IMG/VR virus record: IMGVR_UViG_3300046328_000321
Location: 1-64,000 of that record
DNA length: 64,000 nucleotides
DNA from: a virus
Strand: one strand, 5' to 3'
Shown: one piece after another, positions 21,412 to 32,770 of the stretch
How the letters are laid out: every line of letters starts with the position of its first letter
How positions within the stretch are numbered: the stretch's first letter is position 1
The notes under the pieces: model-generated
The model's database searches: none
Told to the model about the DNA's origin: nothing
What the model saw: only the letters and a program-made list of their open reading frames with translations
Translations under genes and position numbers: made by a program

Positions 21412-22557
21412 ATGCCAACACACGGTAGAACATTTAATAGTCGGTTATTTGTTAACCAACAAAAAGATCAAAAAGTTGTTACCGACAAACAAAAAGCTTA
21501 TAAGTCAGAATATTGTTTACAAGAAATGTCAAAAGAACAGTTAATTACATTGATTAATATGCAAAAACAAGAACCCATTTCTGTAAAAATGTTACATAAT
21601 AATAGCTGTTTAAATGGATTTGATAACCTCAATAAAGTAGGATCTTTTATCAATATCCTAGGAATGGGATATTACCAAGGTTCTAAATCTAAACCTAATG
21701 TGTCTGTTATTTACCCGTATGTAAATGTAACTTCTGATTATTCTGTAAAGGAGAGTTTTTTCCCCAAGATATCTTTTTCAGATTCATTTGAACAACAATC
21801 TAATAAAATTGAATTTTCGTTACTTCAAGCTGAACGCAAAATTAACGAATTGCAACTTCTAATAGATGTGATGATCAATGAATTTAAACAGTATAAAACA
21901 ATAAATAACAAAAATTCCCATCTTGAAAATGTCCCTATTGTAAAATATGCAAGTGGTAATAAGCGTTGGTATCTGAACGGTAAGCTTCATCGTGAAGATG
22001 GACCTGCCATCGAAGATGCAGATGGTTATAAAGGCTGGTACCTAAACGACCAGCTTCATCGTACAGACGGACCTGCTGTTGAGCATATAAATGGTGATAA
22101 AGTCTGGTATGTCGATGATAAACTTCATCGCACAGATGGACCTGCTATCGAACGTGCAGATGGTACTAAAGAATGGTGGGTCAACGGCAAACGACACCGG
22201 ATCGATGGTCCTGCTGTCGAAGATGTGCATGGTTATAAAGCATGGTATCTGAACGGTAAGTATCACCGTGAAGATGGACCTGCTATAGAATGGGTAGATG
22301 GTAGTAAAGCCTGGTGGGTTGATGGTAAGCTCCATCGTACAGATGGACCTGCTATCGAATATGCACATGGTTATAAAGCCTGGTATCTGGATGGTCGATA
22401 CCATCGCACAGATGGACCTGCTGTGGAAGATGTGAACGGTTATAAAGCCTGGTATCTGGATGGTCAGCTCCATCATACTGATGGTCCCGCTATTGAACGT
22501 GCGAATGGTGGTAAAGAATACTGGCTCCATGGTGTTGAACAGGATCCACCTGGTTAA
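21412..22557 (+). CDS. Fusion of an unrelated N-terminal domain with ~9 HRxDGPAxE repeats (copy 2)
   Basis: Repeats from ~21940 ending EQDPPG*; shared terminator follows. Confidence 0.85.
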   Translation: MPTHGRTFNSRLFVNQQKDQKVVTDKQKAYKSEYCLQEMSKEQLITLINMQKQEPISVKMLHNNSCLNGFDNLNKVGSFINILGMGYYQGSKSKPNVSVIYPYVNVTSDYSVKESFFPKISFSDSFEQQSNKIEFSLLQAERKINELQLLIDVMINEFKQYKTINNKNSHLENVPIVKYASGNKRWYLNGKLHREDGPAIEDADGYKGWYLNDQLHRTDGPAVEHINGDKVWYVDDKLHRTDGPAIERADGTKEWWVNGKRHRIDGPAVEDVHGYKAWYLNGKYHREDGPAIEWVDGSKAWWVDGKLHRTDGPAIEYAHGYKAWYLDGRYHRTDGPAVEDVNGYKAWYLDGQLHHTDGPAIERANGGKEYWLHGVEQDPPG

Positions 22558-22671
22558 CTGATATAAATATATACACAGCCTGATAAGCTGTGTATATATT
22601 TTTTTTTTCTATTGTAATTCACTCTCCTCTAGACCTTTGGGTCTAGAGGAGAGTGGTCCTAACTGAATGTG

Positions 22672-23535
22672 TTAAGAAATAATAGCAGACTTACTTAAGT
22701 CGTCAGTACCCTTGAAATAACCTTCAGAATTATCCGCAATATTAGAATCCAATTTCTGAATGAAGGAAGGGCGAAGATATGGATTAGCATTAGTCAAGTT
22801 GATTTTATCAAGAATTGACTGAGCAAATTTGTTAGTTCCCAAGTTGAACTGAGAAATACCAGTAAAAGGAATCGTTAGAGTCAGAGTTTGACTCGCAGAT
22901 GTCAGATCACGCTTACCGCTGATTTCACCTGTTTCTTTAGGAAACATGTTTGTGGTTACCCAAGACTTAACCACACGGCGGTGAGTAGGATCGGGTTCAA
23001 AGAACAAGCAGCTTGCGGAGTACCAATCAGGCAACATGTCCGTAGGACGTTGTCCTTGTAGGGTACCGACCATGGCATACTTGGTATCAGGATCCATCAA
23101 GCCGTAGGTAATCCAGTTATATAGGAAAGTCTGGATAGGCATACCAGCTTTCTCGATGAAAGTGAACGAAGGTTCAGAACGTGCGCGGGTCACGTTAGTT
23201 ACTTCATCCTGCAACTCACCTGCACCACCTACAGGATGCGTATCAGTTTCAACAGTCAGGGCACCATTAAAACCCTCGATAGAACGTGCGTGTAGTTCCA
23301 TCAAAGATTTCAGCGTATCTACCCATTTTTGAGGATCAGGCATGAACTGAAAGAAACGAGGTGGTTCTAAAAGAACGCATACAAGATTACGAGGAACATA
23401 AGCTTGGTTACTGACCCATTCTGTTAGATTAGGTGCCCAACCAAACTGTCCACCATGAACCGTGTCCAACATATATTGGCTGGTATTCTTACCAAACGCT
23501 TTTTGATCTAGCAAAGCATCTGTGATTCGAGACAT
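22672..23535 (-). CDS. Tail tube protein (phiKZ gp30-like)
   Basis: 287 aa, directly downstream of the sheath; AGGAG RBS; terminator at 22620-22655. Confidence 0.75.
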   Translation of the reverse strand: MSRITDALLDQKAFGKNTSQYMLDTVHGGQFGWAPNLTEWVSNQAYVPRNLVCVLLEPPRFFQFMPDPQKWVDTLKSLMELHARSIEGFNGALTVETDTHPVGGAGELQDEVTNVTRARSEPSFTFIEKAGMPIQTFLYNWITYGLMDPDTKYAMVGTLQGQRPTDMLPDWYSASCLFFEPDPTHRRVVKSWVTTNMFPKETGEISGKRDLTSASQTLTLTIPFTGISQFNLGTNKFAQSILDKINLTNANPYLRPSFIQKLDSNIADNSEGYFKGTDDLSKSAIIS

Positions 23536-23600
23536 GTAAAAACTCCTGTGTTATGTTCAGTGAGAGGAAAACAGTTTATTATTTTCCTCTCTATTGCTTA

Positions 23601-25682
23601 TCAGACCGTAGGAAGATCGCTCAGACGATATGCTTGTACATATGTTGTCATTACTGTCTTCATAGAAGGGGCATACAATTTGATAGGTAGTGTCCAAGAA
23701 AAACCACGTACTTCGTCCATATCCGTAAACAATGCATCAGGTTGGACAATGAATCGACCATCAAACTTACCCTGAACACGTTCAGTCACAGAGTCGTTCA
23801 CTCGTGCAGCCAACTGTACATTGGACAGATGAGAAACTCCACTAAATTGACGCCATACGCTATTGGTCACTTTATTTAACTGACAGCAAGCCATCGCTGT
23901 GAAATAACTATTCAATACAGAAGTATCATTGTCATACACAGTTTTCAAGGCAGGGAAGAAATAAGAACTGCGGTCATAAGTTAAAACCCAGTTTAAACCC
24001 ACGTCCCAAAAACGATTGCGCACAGCAGCAGACACCCAGGTGATGTTGATATCGGTGAAATTATCAATCACAGAACCAGGAGCACCGTCAAAGTGAAAAC
24101 CGTTTTTCCAACGGCCGTCAGAAGAACCCATGTACTTGGCAGACTTGATCACAACTTCACCAGTCAAAGGCAAACGACCTGTATATTGACTGTTACGTAA
24201 AATGCCAGAACAACCCATTACCATACCACGCATCACAGGGGTGCCGAAATAATCGGACTCAGGATACATTTGTAAATGAGTGCGCAAAGCAATCGCCACG
24301 GACATTTCTTCGGACTGTGTAAGAGCACGATCGCCAGCAATATGAGTACCTAAGTTAACAAAGGTATCTTTACGATTGGCAATAATGGAACACAAATCTT
24401 TCTTGGTCTGAAGAGGGAATCCTGAATCATAGACAACAGATTCAACATGATAAGCCACATCCATCAATTCGTCACTAGGGTCTAGATAACGCAAGACCTC
24501 TGCAGAAGTCAAAGATGCATGAATGACATCAGACATTATACCATCGTTACCACTCTTAGCATAGATGTTGGTTACTTCGGACAAACGAGTTGAAATACTG
24601 TCATCTACGAATGTGAAACTGTGATATTTTACATTCTGGCTAGAAACACCAGATACGATGTTAAATAAATGTTTGCTGATTGGATCAGTCTGAATGTCAC
24701 TGAAGCTATCGATATGAGCAACCTCAGCAGCATGAAACTGAGTCAACAGAGTTTCCAGATTAGCCTGGTATACATGCAATCGTCCAAAATTACCAAATAG
24801 TTTAGGATAACGAGGATCCGTCAAATTTTGATAACTGTTTAAGAAAATGTCGTTTAAATTTAAAGACTTATCAGTCAAAGGATCGACTACATTTTCCTTT
24901 AGTGTAACCATCAAACGCTGTTCACCAAACAAAGTAGCTTTTACAGCAGCAGATGACTGTGCATCAGCGCGTTCAACTACAGAGATGTAATATGGATAAG
25001 CTTTTTCAGCTACCATCATCTTGTTTGGCATGGCCGATACCGATTTCACGGTAGGGGCCCAGAGACGAATGCCAGAATTATTACCCCATTCACCTTCGCT
25101 GGATGTTTCCAGTTCGAAGATAGGATAACGTTGAGATTGCAAACCAGCAACTGCATCAATCTGATCACCAGCGACAACACCATAAGAACCAAAACTAGAT
25201 TGATCCGCAGTTGTATTACGACTGGTAAAAACCCACTTAACCTTATGACCAGGAGTTGTACCTATAACTTCTGGCTGATTCAAAGCGTCTAAAAATAAAG
25301 AACCGTCTACATTTCGACGATATAAATCTACAGTAGTAGTCAGAACATCTAACCATGCCACAATGTTTGATTTAGGACCCATGTCTGTTGGAAACAGACG
25401 TTGAATCATACAAGCATTACCTTGAGCATTAGCTAGATTTGCAAAGACAGTCTGGTGATTTGCGTACTTACTACGATAATCAAAAGACGAAGTACCAAAA
25501 ATTCGATCACGTTCAGCACCCGAAACGAGTTGAGGGGTCCTTGGACCTTTCTGAGTGAACAGATAAAACTTTGGTAGATGTTGTGGAATTGCTTCCGGCA
25601 CCCGAGGAGGTTGACGTGTACTCAAGTCTTGAGTACCATACTCCACCACCATCGGTGCTGCATTGACAATTTGATTTGCCAT
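23601..25682 (-). CDS. Tail sheath protein (phiKZ gp29-like)
   Basis: 693 aa; N-terminal NAAP...GTQDLS...PQHLP..Y.FTQKGP and YDSGF motifs of phiKZ-type sheaths. Confidence 0.85.
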   Translation of the reverse strand: MANQIVNAAPMVVEYGTQDLSTRQPPRVPEAIPQHLPKFYLFTQKGPRTPQLVSGAERDRIFGTSSFDYRSKYANHQTVFANLANAQGNACMIQRLFPTDMGPKSNIVAWLDVLTTTVDLYRRNVDGSLFLDALNQPEVIGTTPGHKVKWVFTSRNTTADQSSFGSYGVVAGDQIDAVAGLQSQRYPIFELETSSEGEWGNNSGIRLWAPTVKSVSAMPNKMMVAEKAYPYYISVVERADAQSSAAVKATLFGEQRLMVTLKENVVDPLTDKSLNLNDIFLNSYQNLTDPRYPKLFGNFGRLHVYQANLETLLTQFHAAEVAHIDSFSDIQTDPISKHLFNIVSGVSSQNVKYHSFTFVDDSISTRLSEVTNIYAKSGNDGIMSDVIHASLTSAEVLRYLDPSDELMDVAYHVESVVYDSGFPLQTKKDLCSIIANRKDTFVNLGTHIAGDRALTQSEEMSVAIALRTHLQMYPESDYFGTPVMRGMVMGCSGILRNSQYTGRLPLTGEVVIKSAKYMGSSDGRWKNGFHFDGAPGSVIDNFTDINITWVSAAVRNRFWDVGLNWVLTYDRSSYFFPALKTVYDNDTSVLNSYFTAMACCQLNKVTNSVWRQFSGVSHLSNVQLAARVNDSVTERVQGKFDGRFIVQPDALFTDMDEVRGFSWTLPIKLYAPSMKTVMTTYVQAYRLSDLPTV

Positions 25683-25728
25683 ATTTTCCTCTTCAGCTAG
25701 GTTTCCTAAAAATCACAAAGGTTTCGTA

Positions 25729-26706
25729 ATGTCGATATACAAAGATGCTTACATGACTTCGATCGGATCTATGTATCCAACACGACAAATCGAAGTCTCC
25801 ATTAAAGAATCTCTGATTAAAGATCAGGGACTCAAAAATGAAAATCTAGGTCTTGTCAACAATGGTGAATACCAGGCTGTCTTTATCACCGGAAAATTTT
25901 CTAGTGAAGCCGATATACCATTATTCACTCATCCGATAACTATAAATAATTTTCAAGGAAAAAATTATTTAGTTACAGATTTAAGACTATTTTTAAATAA
26001 ATATAACTTAGATAGTAAGATTGAGGATCTCGTTAAAAACAGAACAGATTTTAACTTTGCTAAAAGCAGAGCTATGTTAAATCTTATTTGGCTGAACGAG
26101 AGTCCGTCTGTTGTAAAAAATAATTTAAACTTTTCAGCTACTGTATTTTCTGCTGTGATCAGTGAAACGATCAGTAGAGCATTTGCACTTGATTATAATG
26201 ATCTTATTACACTAGGTGTCCTTGCTGAAATTTACTACTATAGTCTCTTTTTAGAGTCTGAGAGTTTGTCAGACGATGACAAACAAAAGATTGTTGTCCA
26301 TATTATCAGATCGGGAAAAATTCGCGCTGATTACATATATGAAATAATGGATAAAATAGGTCCTATGAAGGACCTTAACGGATATTGTGAGAATGTGGTA
26401 AAGGTAATTGAGAATGTGAGGTTGAGTAAATTTAACTCAGCTATTCTTCTTAGCATCTTAGCTAACAGTTGGTATGGTACCAATGCCAAGGAAATCATCA
26501 GTGTTTCATTAGAGCATCCGCCTACATGGACAGCTTTGGTTTATACAGCTCTTTCAGAAAAAACTTTTAAATCCAGTGCTATTTTCAAAGCTGCTGAAAG
26601 ATTAGGTAAACGTGGTGTTGCTGATCAGTTCACAATGGCGTATACAGCTTTGGTTAAAAATCATACTGTAGTTGTAGAAGAATTAGTTATACGAGATTTT
26701 GAATAA
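25729..26706 (+). CDS. Virion structural protein (phiKZ gp28-like)
   Basis: 325 aa, divergent from the sheath; EHPPTW motif; synteny. Confidence 0.6.
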   Translation: MSIYKDAYMTSIGSMYPTRQIEVSIKESLIKDQGLKNENLGLVNNGEYQAVFITGKFSSEADIPLFTHPITINNFQGKNYLVTDLRLFLNKYNLDSKIEDLVKNRTDFNFAKSRAMLNLIWLNESPSVVKNNLNFSATVFSAVISETISRAFALDYNDLITLGVLAEIYYYSLFLESESLSDDDKQKIVVHIIRSGKIRADYIYEIMDKIGPMKDLNGYCENVVKVIENVRLSKFNSAILLSILANSWYGTNAKEIISVSLEHPPTWTALVYTALSEKTFKSSAIFKAAERLGKRGVADQFTMAYTALVKNHTVVVEELVIRDFE

Positions 26707-29294
26707 TGTTTAAATACCTGGTAGATCACGCGATAAAAAATGTCTGGTGCACACCAAGACAAGATAACAGTTATGTGTTTCAACCAGCCAGGATAAGTAA
26801 ACCAACAGGAGAGCTCAATCGTTTTCACCTCATGGGAAGACTTTTGACTTTACCTGTCCCCATGCTTAAAATGCACGTTTTCCAAATAGGACAGATCAAA
26901 CCTGAAATACTTGGATTAACCACTGACGATCCTGGCTGGCTCAGAGAATCATGGAAATTATTTTCCACAGTCATAAATGAAAGAGAAATTCAAGTCGATA
27001 TTTACAATGACAACGGTGTGCAAATACCGAGATATAAAGCTTGGTATATGTTTACACAGGAAAACAATTTATTAATTGCTATCTCTGAATCACAAAGACT
27101 ACCTGTTAGATATGACACAGATCATATTTATATAAGACTGTATAGCAACGCTTATTTTGAATCATTGAGATCAGATGGTCTAAGCAAAACTATTTGGACC
27201 AATGGCTATACTGTACAAAATAATCAAGACATTTTAAATCTTCAAAATGAAGAAACTCTAAACAGAACACTAACAGGGTCTATCAAGTCATATGTCAATG
27301 GATTTTCCGTTGATAAAATAGACATGTTAAATGTTGTCGTGGGTGATGAGGTTGAATATGTTTATGATGCCAGTGTCAAAACAGTAGTCACCTTCCCTTA
27401 CGACAGTTTGAATAATTTTACTTCTGTTTTAGATAATTGTTATAAATATCTATTAAGTTTTGATGGAGACGGTGAACAAATTGATTATCAAGATGATATC
27501 GATGTTTACATCTATAAAAAAACTGGTGTTAAATACAAAGGGGTCTATTTCTCCAGGAATTTAGCCAAGCATCACCGTATGGTCACACATAAAGACTATG
27601 CCATTGATCTGAGTCAAACTGAAAATCTGTTCCGGTATATGAGAGAAGTTTCTGGAGTGCAGATCAATTCAGACATGATGATTGAAGTCACCATACGTAA
27701 GTCTGGTTATGCAAGATCTTTGTTATATGAAAATAGTCGTATTTTTGAATTGTTTAAACTAGATCATAACACCAGAGTCAGAGCTTTACTGGGTTTAGAT
27801 TCTAATTTAGATATCTGGACAGCTGCTGCTCTTGAGAACAGTGGTTATACTGAATTAATGAGGACTGACATGAGTAATGTCAGTCAAGATATGGTGCAAA
27901 GAGCTTACGGATATAATTCTATCAGTAAACTAGTAGGTAACACACCCGTTAAAACTATACTTAAAAATAACAGACAGTATGCCCCAGTGCCTTATTTATT
28001 AGCAGAAAGTTCTACTGCATATGAGTACGATATAGATGGTTATCTGTTAGGTAATTATTACCATATGTCCGGTACTGATTATTATTGCCAGAATAATAAT
28101 ACTCGTTTAGTAGAAATGATTTCTGGTAAAGGTAGTGATACACCAAATATTATTTTTGGTAAAAATAACATACCTTTACCCATTTATCATAATTACCGTG
28201 TCTATATGTCCGGTGTAAATGGCGGTAATTCAGATGAAAATTGGATAGACATCACAAACAGTGATAAATACCACATTAATAACAATACCCTCATCTGGGA
28301 CAGTCCTATTTCTGACTATTTATTAATGATTCGCATCGACAGTGATTTCTTAGAATTTGATATAAATATGTTACCCATAGCCGGCAATCTTTTTTTCACA
28401 TTGTTTGAAAAAGAAGATCGAGGTAACGGTTTATTAACATACAGTTTACCAGTACCTATGGGTGAACTGGATGTATGGTTAAATGGTAAATCCCTGATAC
28501 GTGGATTAGACTATGTAATGGATTTTCCTAAGATATATATAGTCAATAAAAGATACTTAAATCAACCATCTGGGTCGACGATACAAACTATAAAAGTTAG
28601 GTTCACAGGTTTCTGTGACAGTTTTATGAAGTCAGATGTGGTTGATGACTATGGTTTTGTGGAACACAATTTTCTTTCCAATAACAACCGTTATGACATT
28701 AGGGATGATAAAGTAATGCGTATAACTGTAGGTGGTATGTTAAAGACCAGTGAGGATGTACTGTTTTCTGAAGAACATACTGGTATTAACATCACATCTG
28801 CTAACAATGGACTTCCTTATCAAATCAAAGATATCGTTGTACCATTGAAAGAATTAGTGAGTGAGAATACTTACAGCTTGCGCAATAAGTCTATGATTAT
28901 CGATAAGAAAGTCAGCGACTATATGACATTAAAGCTACCACAACCTATTCGAAATGGTGTGTCCGCTATATCTGGTAAGTATGAATTATTAAGTCCATTT
29001 TTCACACATTTGATCAATGACCTTGCCAGTGAACAAATTAACACAGCAACTGTGATAGATGCAGTTACTGACATGCAGGTTATGCAGGTTTGTGCTGCCT
29101 ATGAACCTTTGTTAAAATATGATCCAATCACATATAGAGATAATTTGGATTGGGATTATGTCGTACTTCATCCACACAACCTTACTAATGTGATAACTCT
29201 AACTCTTTATAAGTATAGATTTCTCACTAAAGTAACACGACTTTACGGACACGGATTAATAGATCTATCTTCGTTCGTTAATTTTAATGAATAA
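26706..29294 (+). CDS. Virion structural/baseplate protein (phiKZ gp27-like)
   Basis: 862 aa starting YLVDHAIKNVWCTPRQD; translationally coupled. Confidence 0.65.
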   Translation: MFKYLVDHAIKNVWCTPRQDNSYVFQPARISKPTGELNRFHLMGRLLTLPVPMLKMHVFQIGQIKPEILGLTTDDPGWLRESWKLFSTVINEREIQVDIYNDNGVQIPRYKAWYMFTQENNLLIAISESQRLPVRYDTDHIYIRLYSNAYFESLRSDGLSKTIWTNGYTVQNNQDILNLQNEETLNRTLTGSIKSYVNGFSVDKIDMLNVVVGDEVEYVYDASVKTVVTFPYDSLNNFTSVLDNCYKYLLSFDGDGEQIDYQDDIDVYIYKKTGVKYKGVYFSRNLAKHHRMVTHKDYAIDLSQTENLFRYMREVSGVQINSDMMIEVTIRKSGYARSLLYENSRIFELFKLDHNTRVRALLGLDSNLDIWTAAALENSGYTELMRTDMSNVSQDMVQRAYGYNSISKLVGNTPVKTILKNNRQYAPVPYLLAESSTAYEYDIDGYLLGNYYHMSGTDYYCQNNNTRLVEMISGKGSDTPNIIFGKNNIPLPIYHNYRVYMSGVNGGNSDENWIDITNSDKYHINNNTLIWDSPISDYLLMIRIDSDFLEFDINMLPIAGNLFFTLFEKEDRGNGLLTYSLPVPMGELDVWLNGKSLIRGLDYVMDFPKIYIVNKRYLNQPSGSTIQTIKVRFTGFCDSFMKSDVVDDYGFVEHNFLSNNNRYDIRDDKVMRITVGGMLKTSEDVLFSEEHTGINITSANNGLPYQIKDIVVPLKELVSENTYSLRNKSMIIDKKVSDYMTLKLPQPIRNGVSAISGKYELLSPFFTHLINDLASEQINTATVIDAVTDMQVMQVCAAYEPLLKYDPITYRDNLDWDYVVLHPHNLTNVITLTLYKYRFLTKVTRLYGHGLIDLSSFVNFNE

Positions 29295-29308
29295 CGGAAG
29301 TTTAAATT

Positions 29309-30988
29309 ATGCCTAATAATGCATCATTACTTGGAATCGTAGGTACGGATGGTTCAGTACCAGTTTTCACTCCAGATGGGAGGTGGTGTTGGTGGGGTCT
29401 GCATGAAATCTATGTGGGTGGTGTCGGTGCATCTATGTATGTACCTAAAGTTAAAGACTATGTGATGGATACCGAAACGTATACAGCATATGTGGTAGAT
29501 AATCTAGATCCTGTTACTTTAATACCTACTCTCAGAGAAATCAAACCTGCTAACATGTCTTTCAGTTTATCAACAACTGACGTGTTGTTTGGTACTGGAC
29601 CAGGTACTGCTTCTGAAACTTATCGTGTTTATATCGATAAGTCTGTTACACCACATGTTCTGTCTGTAGATGCCTCATTAAAGGTGGCTGGTACTCAGTG
29701 TCAATATGCCAAGATTTTTAAATCCACAGATGTTACATCAATGGGTACTGTGGTCAGTATGGTCTATGACAATTCTGGTAATTTAATCACCAACAATGTA
29801 CCGTTAGAATTAGCTGCTATGGACAGTCATGTGAACCATACTGTTAAAGTAGTAACTCCTTGTTATACCACTGCTAACTTAATAGATGGTGAGTTAGTGA
29901 CTGTTGTATTTTATAATACTGCTGGACATGTGGTTCATAAACGACAACTCATGGTAGAAGTTTCTTCTTTCATACGAAGTATTAATCTAGCTACTAAGTA
30001 CATTAGCCATATTTCTTTAGATACAGCTTTTCTATCACCTACTTTAGATCATGTGATCAATTTCCCTGTTAATATCCCATTAAACAGTTTAAACATGATG
30101 GGTATAGTTCATTATAGCGATGGCTCTACCCTTTCTTTACCTGTTGACGGTGTTAAATTTAAAATGCATGGGTTAGATCAATATGTATCTACGATTGTAG
30201 GACAACAGGTTAATTTGGTCTTGACCTATGAACTTAGTTCAGGAGAGGTTGCTTATAATGGCCTATCCGATGATAATAGATATATTAGTGAACCTTATAG
30301 CTTAGTCACTATCAATCCAAATAACAGTTACGCTGTTAAGCTGTTTGTTTATCCAGAATGGTTGAACGATACTGATGGGTATGGTCTTCGCTGGTGGATG
30401 TTCAATATGGATAGAAATGTTTATTTTGATGTAACTGGTCATGTCATGTTAAATAGTTTAACTGGGTCTTTTGTGCAAAAAGGTTACGGTTACCAACAAG
30501 TCAAAAATGTTAGCATCAATTTAAATAACGTATCCGCCATATTCAAGAATTTCATACACAGTCAAACAGTAGAAATTAATCTGTTTGGAAATCCTAATGA
30601 GTCATTTGATTCTTGGTCTGTTGGACATGAGTATATTGTAGGCAGACCCAATTATGGTGTTGGGTTGGTTTGTAAACTTATAGACAACTTCACTGTACGG
30701 TTAAAATCTAATATAAACACTTTTGTAGAATGGAAGCAGAAGGTGTATCTTAACACTTATCCTATTACAGATGTGTTAAATCAAACTACCGTACTCGAAC
30801 CAACTCACTTTGTACTTACTGTTGGTACTGTCAGTAAGGAATGCACTATCGATCAATGGGGTAATGATATTGTTTTACCTGCTGAGATTAATCAACATTT
30901 AAATAAAAACATCTATATTCGTTTTATTAGAAAAATAGGTTCTTTAGAATTACAATTGAGTATGGCAGCGATGGTTATTAAAATGTAA
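29309..30988 (+). CDS. Virion structural/baseplate protein (phiKZ gp26-like)
   Basis: 559 aa, beta-rich; synteny; terminator at ~30997-31028. Confidence 0.6.
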   Translation: MPNNASLLGIVGTDGSVPVFTPDGRWCWWGLHEIYVGGVGASMYVPKVKDYVMDTETYTAYVVDNLDPVTLIPTLREIKPANMSFSLSTTDVLFGTGPGTASETYRVYIDKSVTPHVLSVDASLKVAGTQCQYAKIFKSTDVTSMGTVVSMVYDNSGNLITNNVPLELAAMDSHVNHTVKVVTPCYTTANLIDGELVTVVFYNTAGHVVHKRQLMVEVSSFIRSINLATKYISHISLDTAFLSPTLDHVINFPVNIPLNSLNMMGIVHYSDGSTLSLPVDGVKFKMHGLDQYVSTIVGQQVNLVLTYELSSGEVAYNGLSDDNRYISEPYSLVTINPNNSYAVKLFVYPEWLNDTDGYGLRWWMFNMDRNVYFDVTGHVMLNSLTGSFVQKGYGYQQVKNVSINLNNVSAIFKNFIHSQTVEINLFGNPNESFDSWSVGHEYIVGRPNYGVGLVCKLIDNFTVRLKSNINTFVEWKQKVYLNTYPITDVLNQTTVLEPTHFVLTVGTVSKECTIDQWGNDIVLPAEINQHLNKNIYIRFIRKIGSLELQLSMAAMVIKM

Positions 30989-31129
30989 TAACCACAGATA
31001 CAGTAGACCATTAGGTCTACTGTATCTTATTTATTAAGTTTTCAATTATCATTTATGTAACAATTTGTTTAAATCTTTTACTTCCAATCCTGATAATTTG
31101 ATCTAACAGAAACAGAATTAACCAACACT

Positions 31130-31564
31130 ATGAATCAATCTGAAAATAATCTATACGGCATTCGTTTTTTCGACGATATGAAAACCACTGTATTTTTATT
31201 AGATGTACTTTGTAAAGCTAATATTTATAATCTTTTTGCGGCTTATAAGTATAGAAATCTTATAAAAAATTCAGAAGGCAATTATTATCTTTGCTCATTA
31301 ACTGATAAACAATTTATCAGTAAAATGCAAGATGGGACTTGCACACATTATTTTTTCCTAGTATCCGAATATGATAAGAAAATAATACACATAGACAATC
31401 GTAAAAATTTCTTCAAAGCAAAAGCTTCTGTTATGGAAACGTTAGAACCCCACATAGCTGAAAAAACGTTGCAATTTAAAGTACATTTAGTAGTAAATGT
31501 TAATGACCTCTATAATAAAACCTACTTATCAAATTTTGACCCAGAAGAATCAACACTTCATTAA
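31130..31564 (+). CDS. Hypothetical protein
   Basis: 144-aa AT-rich ORF. Confidence 0.55.
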   Translation: MNQSENNLYGIRFFDDMKTTVFLLDVLCKANIYNLFAAYKYRNLIKNSEGNYYLCSLTDKQFISKMQDGTCTHYFFLVSEYDKKIIHIDNRKNFFKAKASVMETLEPHIAEKTLQFKVHLVVNVNDLYNKTYLSNFDPEESTLH

Positions 31565-31566
31565 TT

Positions 31567-32100
31567 ATGTATATTTTACCATCTGTAAAACTTAACTTCG
31601 GTAAATCAATAATAACATCAGTATTGCCATCTATTTCTGATATCTTAACACTGTTTCACAATAACGGACATGAAGTTGTGTGTGATGTAAATCCATGTAT
31701 CCTTGATCTTCGTGTTATTGTAAATCAGGTTGTCGGTAATTCACCGTGGATGATGTTTGTATTGACAACAGACGGTCTAATTTGGATACTAGATACTACA
31801 GCTAAAGACGGAATATCATCTTCTGAATATGTTTTTAAAGCCAGTTGGTTAAGACCTTCACATCTTATTCTAATAAAAAATCAACTAAATGGATTAAATT
31901 TTATTCAACAATATCTTGATAAAATTTTAATTACAGATTCAAATATGCCTGCTAATTTAAGTCAGTTATTTGACTGGTATTTAGACTTAAATGAAGCCGA
32001 TAAATATCTTAACACAGGTTTAGAACGCTTTTTAGTAGAAACACAAATAGATCTTATAATAAATAACTATGTTAGTAGAAATGATATTATAAGTATATGA
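31567..32100 (+). CDS. Hypothetical protein
   Basis: 177-aa ORF; its stop codon lies in the repeated module that follows. Confidence 0.55.
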   Translation: MYILPSVKLNFGKSIITSVLPSISDILTLFHNNGHEVVCDVNPCILDLRVIVNQVVGNSPWMMFVLTTDGLIWILDTTAKDGISSSEYVFKASWLRPSHLILIKNQLNGLNFIQQYLDKILITDSNMPANLSQLFDWYLDLNEADKYLNTGLERFLVETQIDLIINNYVSRNDIISI

Positions 32101-32229
32101 ACATAAACATTCCCTTTATAACATATTTCAGCTATACATACTTTAACTGAGCTATTACAGTTTAAACTGATGTATCTGTCAGTACTGTTAATTAAAGGAG
32201 ATAAAGATGACTATCGTTACTAATGAAAA
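32094..32229 (+). repeat. Repeated promoter + leader hairpin + RBS + start module (type A)
   Basis: tatatgaacataaacattcc...ttacagtttaaactgatgtatctgtcagtactgttaattaaaggagataaagATGACTATCGTTACTAATGAA; copies at ~33383-33500 and ~46052-46185. Confidence 0.85.
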
Positions 32230-32770
32230 CGGTATCTTTTACTATAATGAAAAGGGTGAATATCACCGTGAGGATGGACCTGCTGTTGAATATCGAAATG
32301 GTGATAAAGAATGGTATCTGAATGATAAGCTTCACCGGATCGATGGTCCTGCTGTTGAATATGCGAATGGTGATAAAGTATGGTTCGTTAACGGTAAACG
32401 GCACCGGACCAATGGTCCTGCTGTGGAATATAGCAATGGTGATAAAATATGGTATGTCGATGGTCAGCGCCATCGTGTGGATGGTCCTGCTTTTGAAACA
32501 TTAGGTGGTTATAAAGCCTGGTATCTGAATGATAAGGTCCATCGTCTCGACGGTCCTGCTGTCGAAGATGTGAACGGTTATAAAGCCTGGTATGTCAATG
32601 ATCAATACCATCGCACAGATGGACCTGCTGTGGAAGATGTGAACGGTTACGGTTATAAAGCCTGGTATCTGCATGGTCAACGCCATCGTGTGGATGGTCC
32701 CGCTATTGAGCGGGCGGATGGTACTAAAGAATACTGGGTTAACGATATTCAACAGGATCCACCTGTTTAA
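32207..32770 (+). CDS. HRxDGPAxE repeat protein (copy 3)
   Basis: Tandem 22-aa repeats, QDPPV cap, AAGGAG RBS. Confidence 0.9.
   Translation: MTIVTNENGIFYYNEKGEYHREDGPAVEYRNGDKEWYLNDKLHRIDGPAVEYANGDKVWFVNGKRHRTNGPAVEYSNGDKIWYVDGQRHRVDGPAFETLGGYKAWYLNDKVHRLDGPAVEDVNGYKAWYVNDQYHRTDGPAVEDVNGYGYKAWYLHGQRHRVDGPAIERADGTKEYWVNDIQQDPPV

Noticed and set aside
22042-22530. Antisense and alternative-frame ORFs over the repeat genes (also 32192-32752, 33491-33915, 46180-46659)
   Set aside because: Shadow frames caused by repeat periodicity; the sense frames have an RBS and terminators
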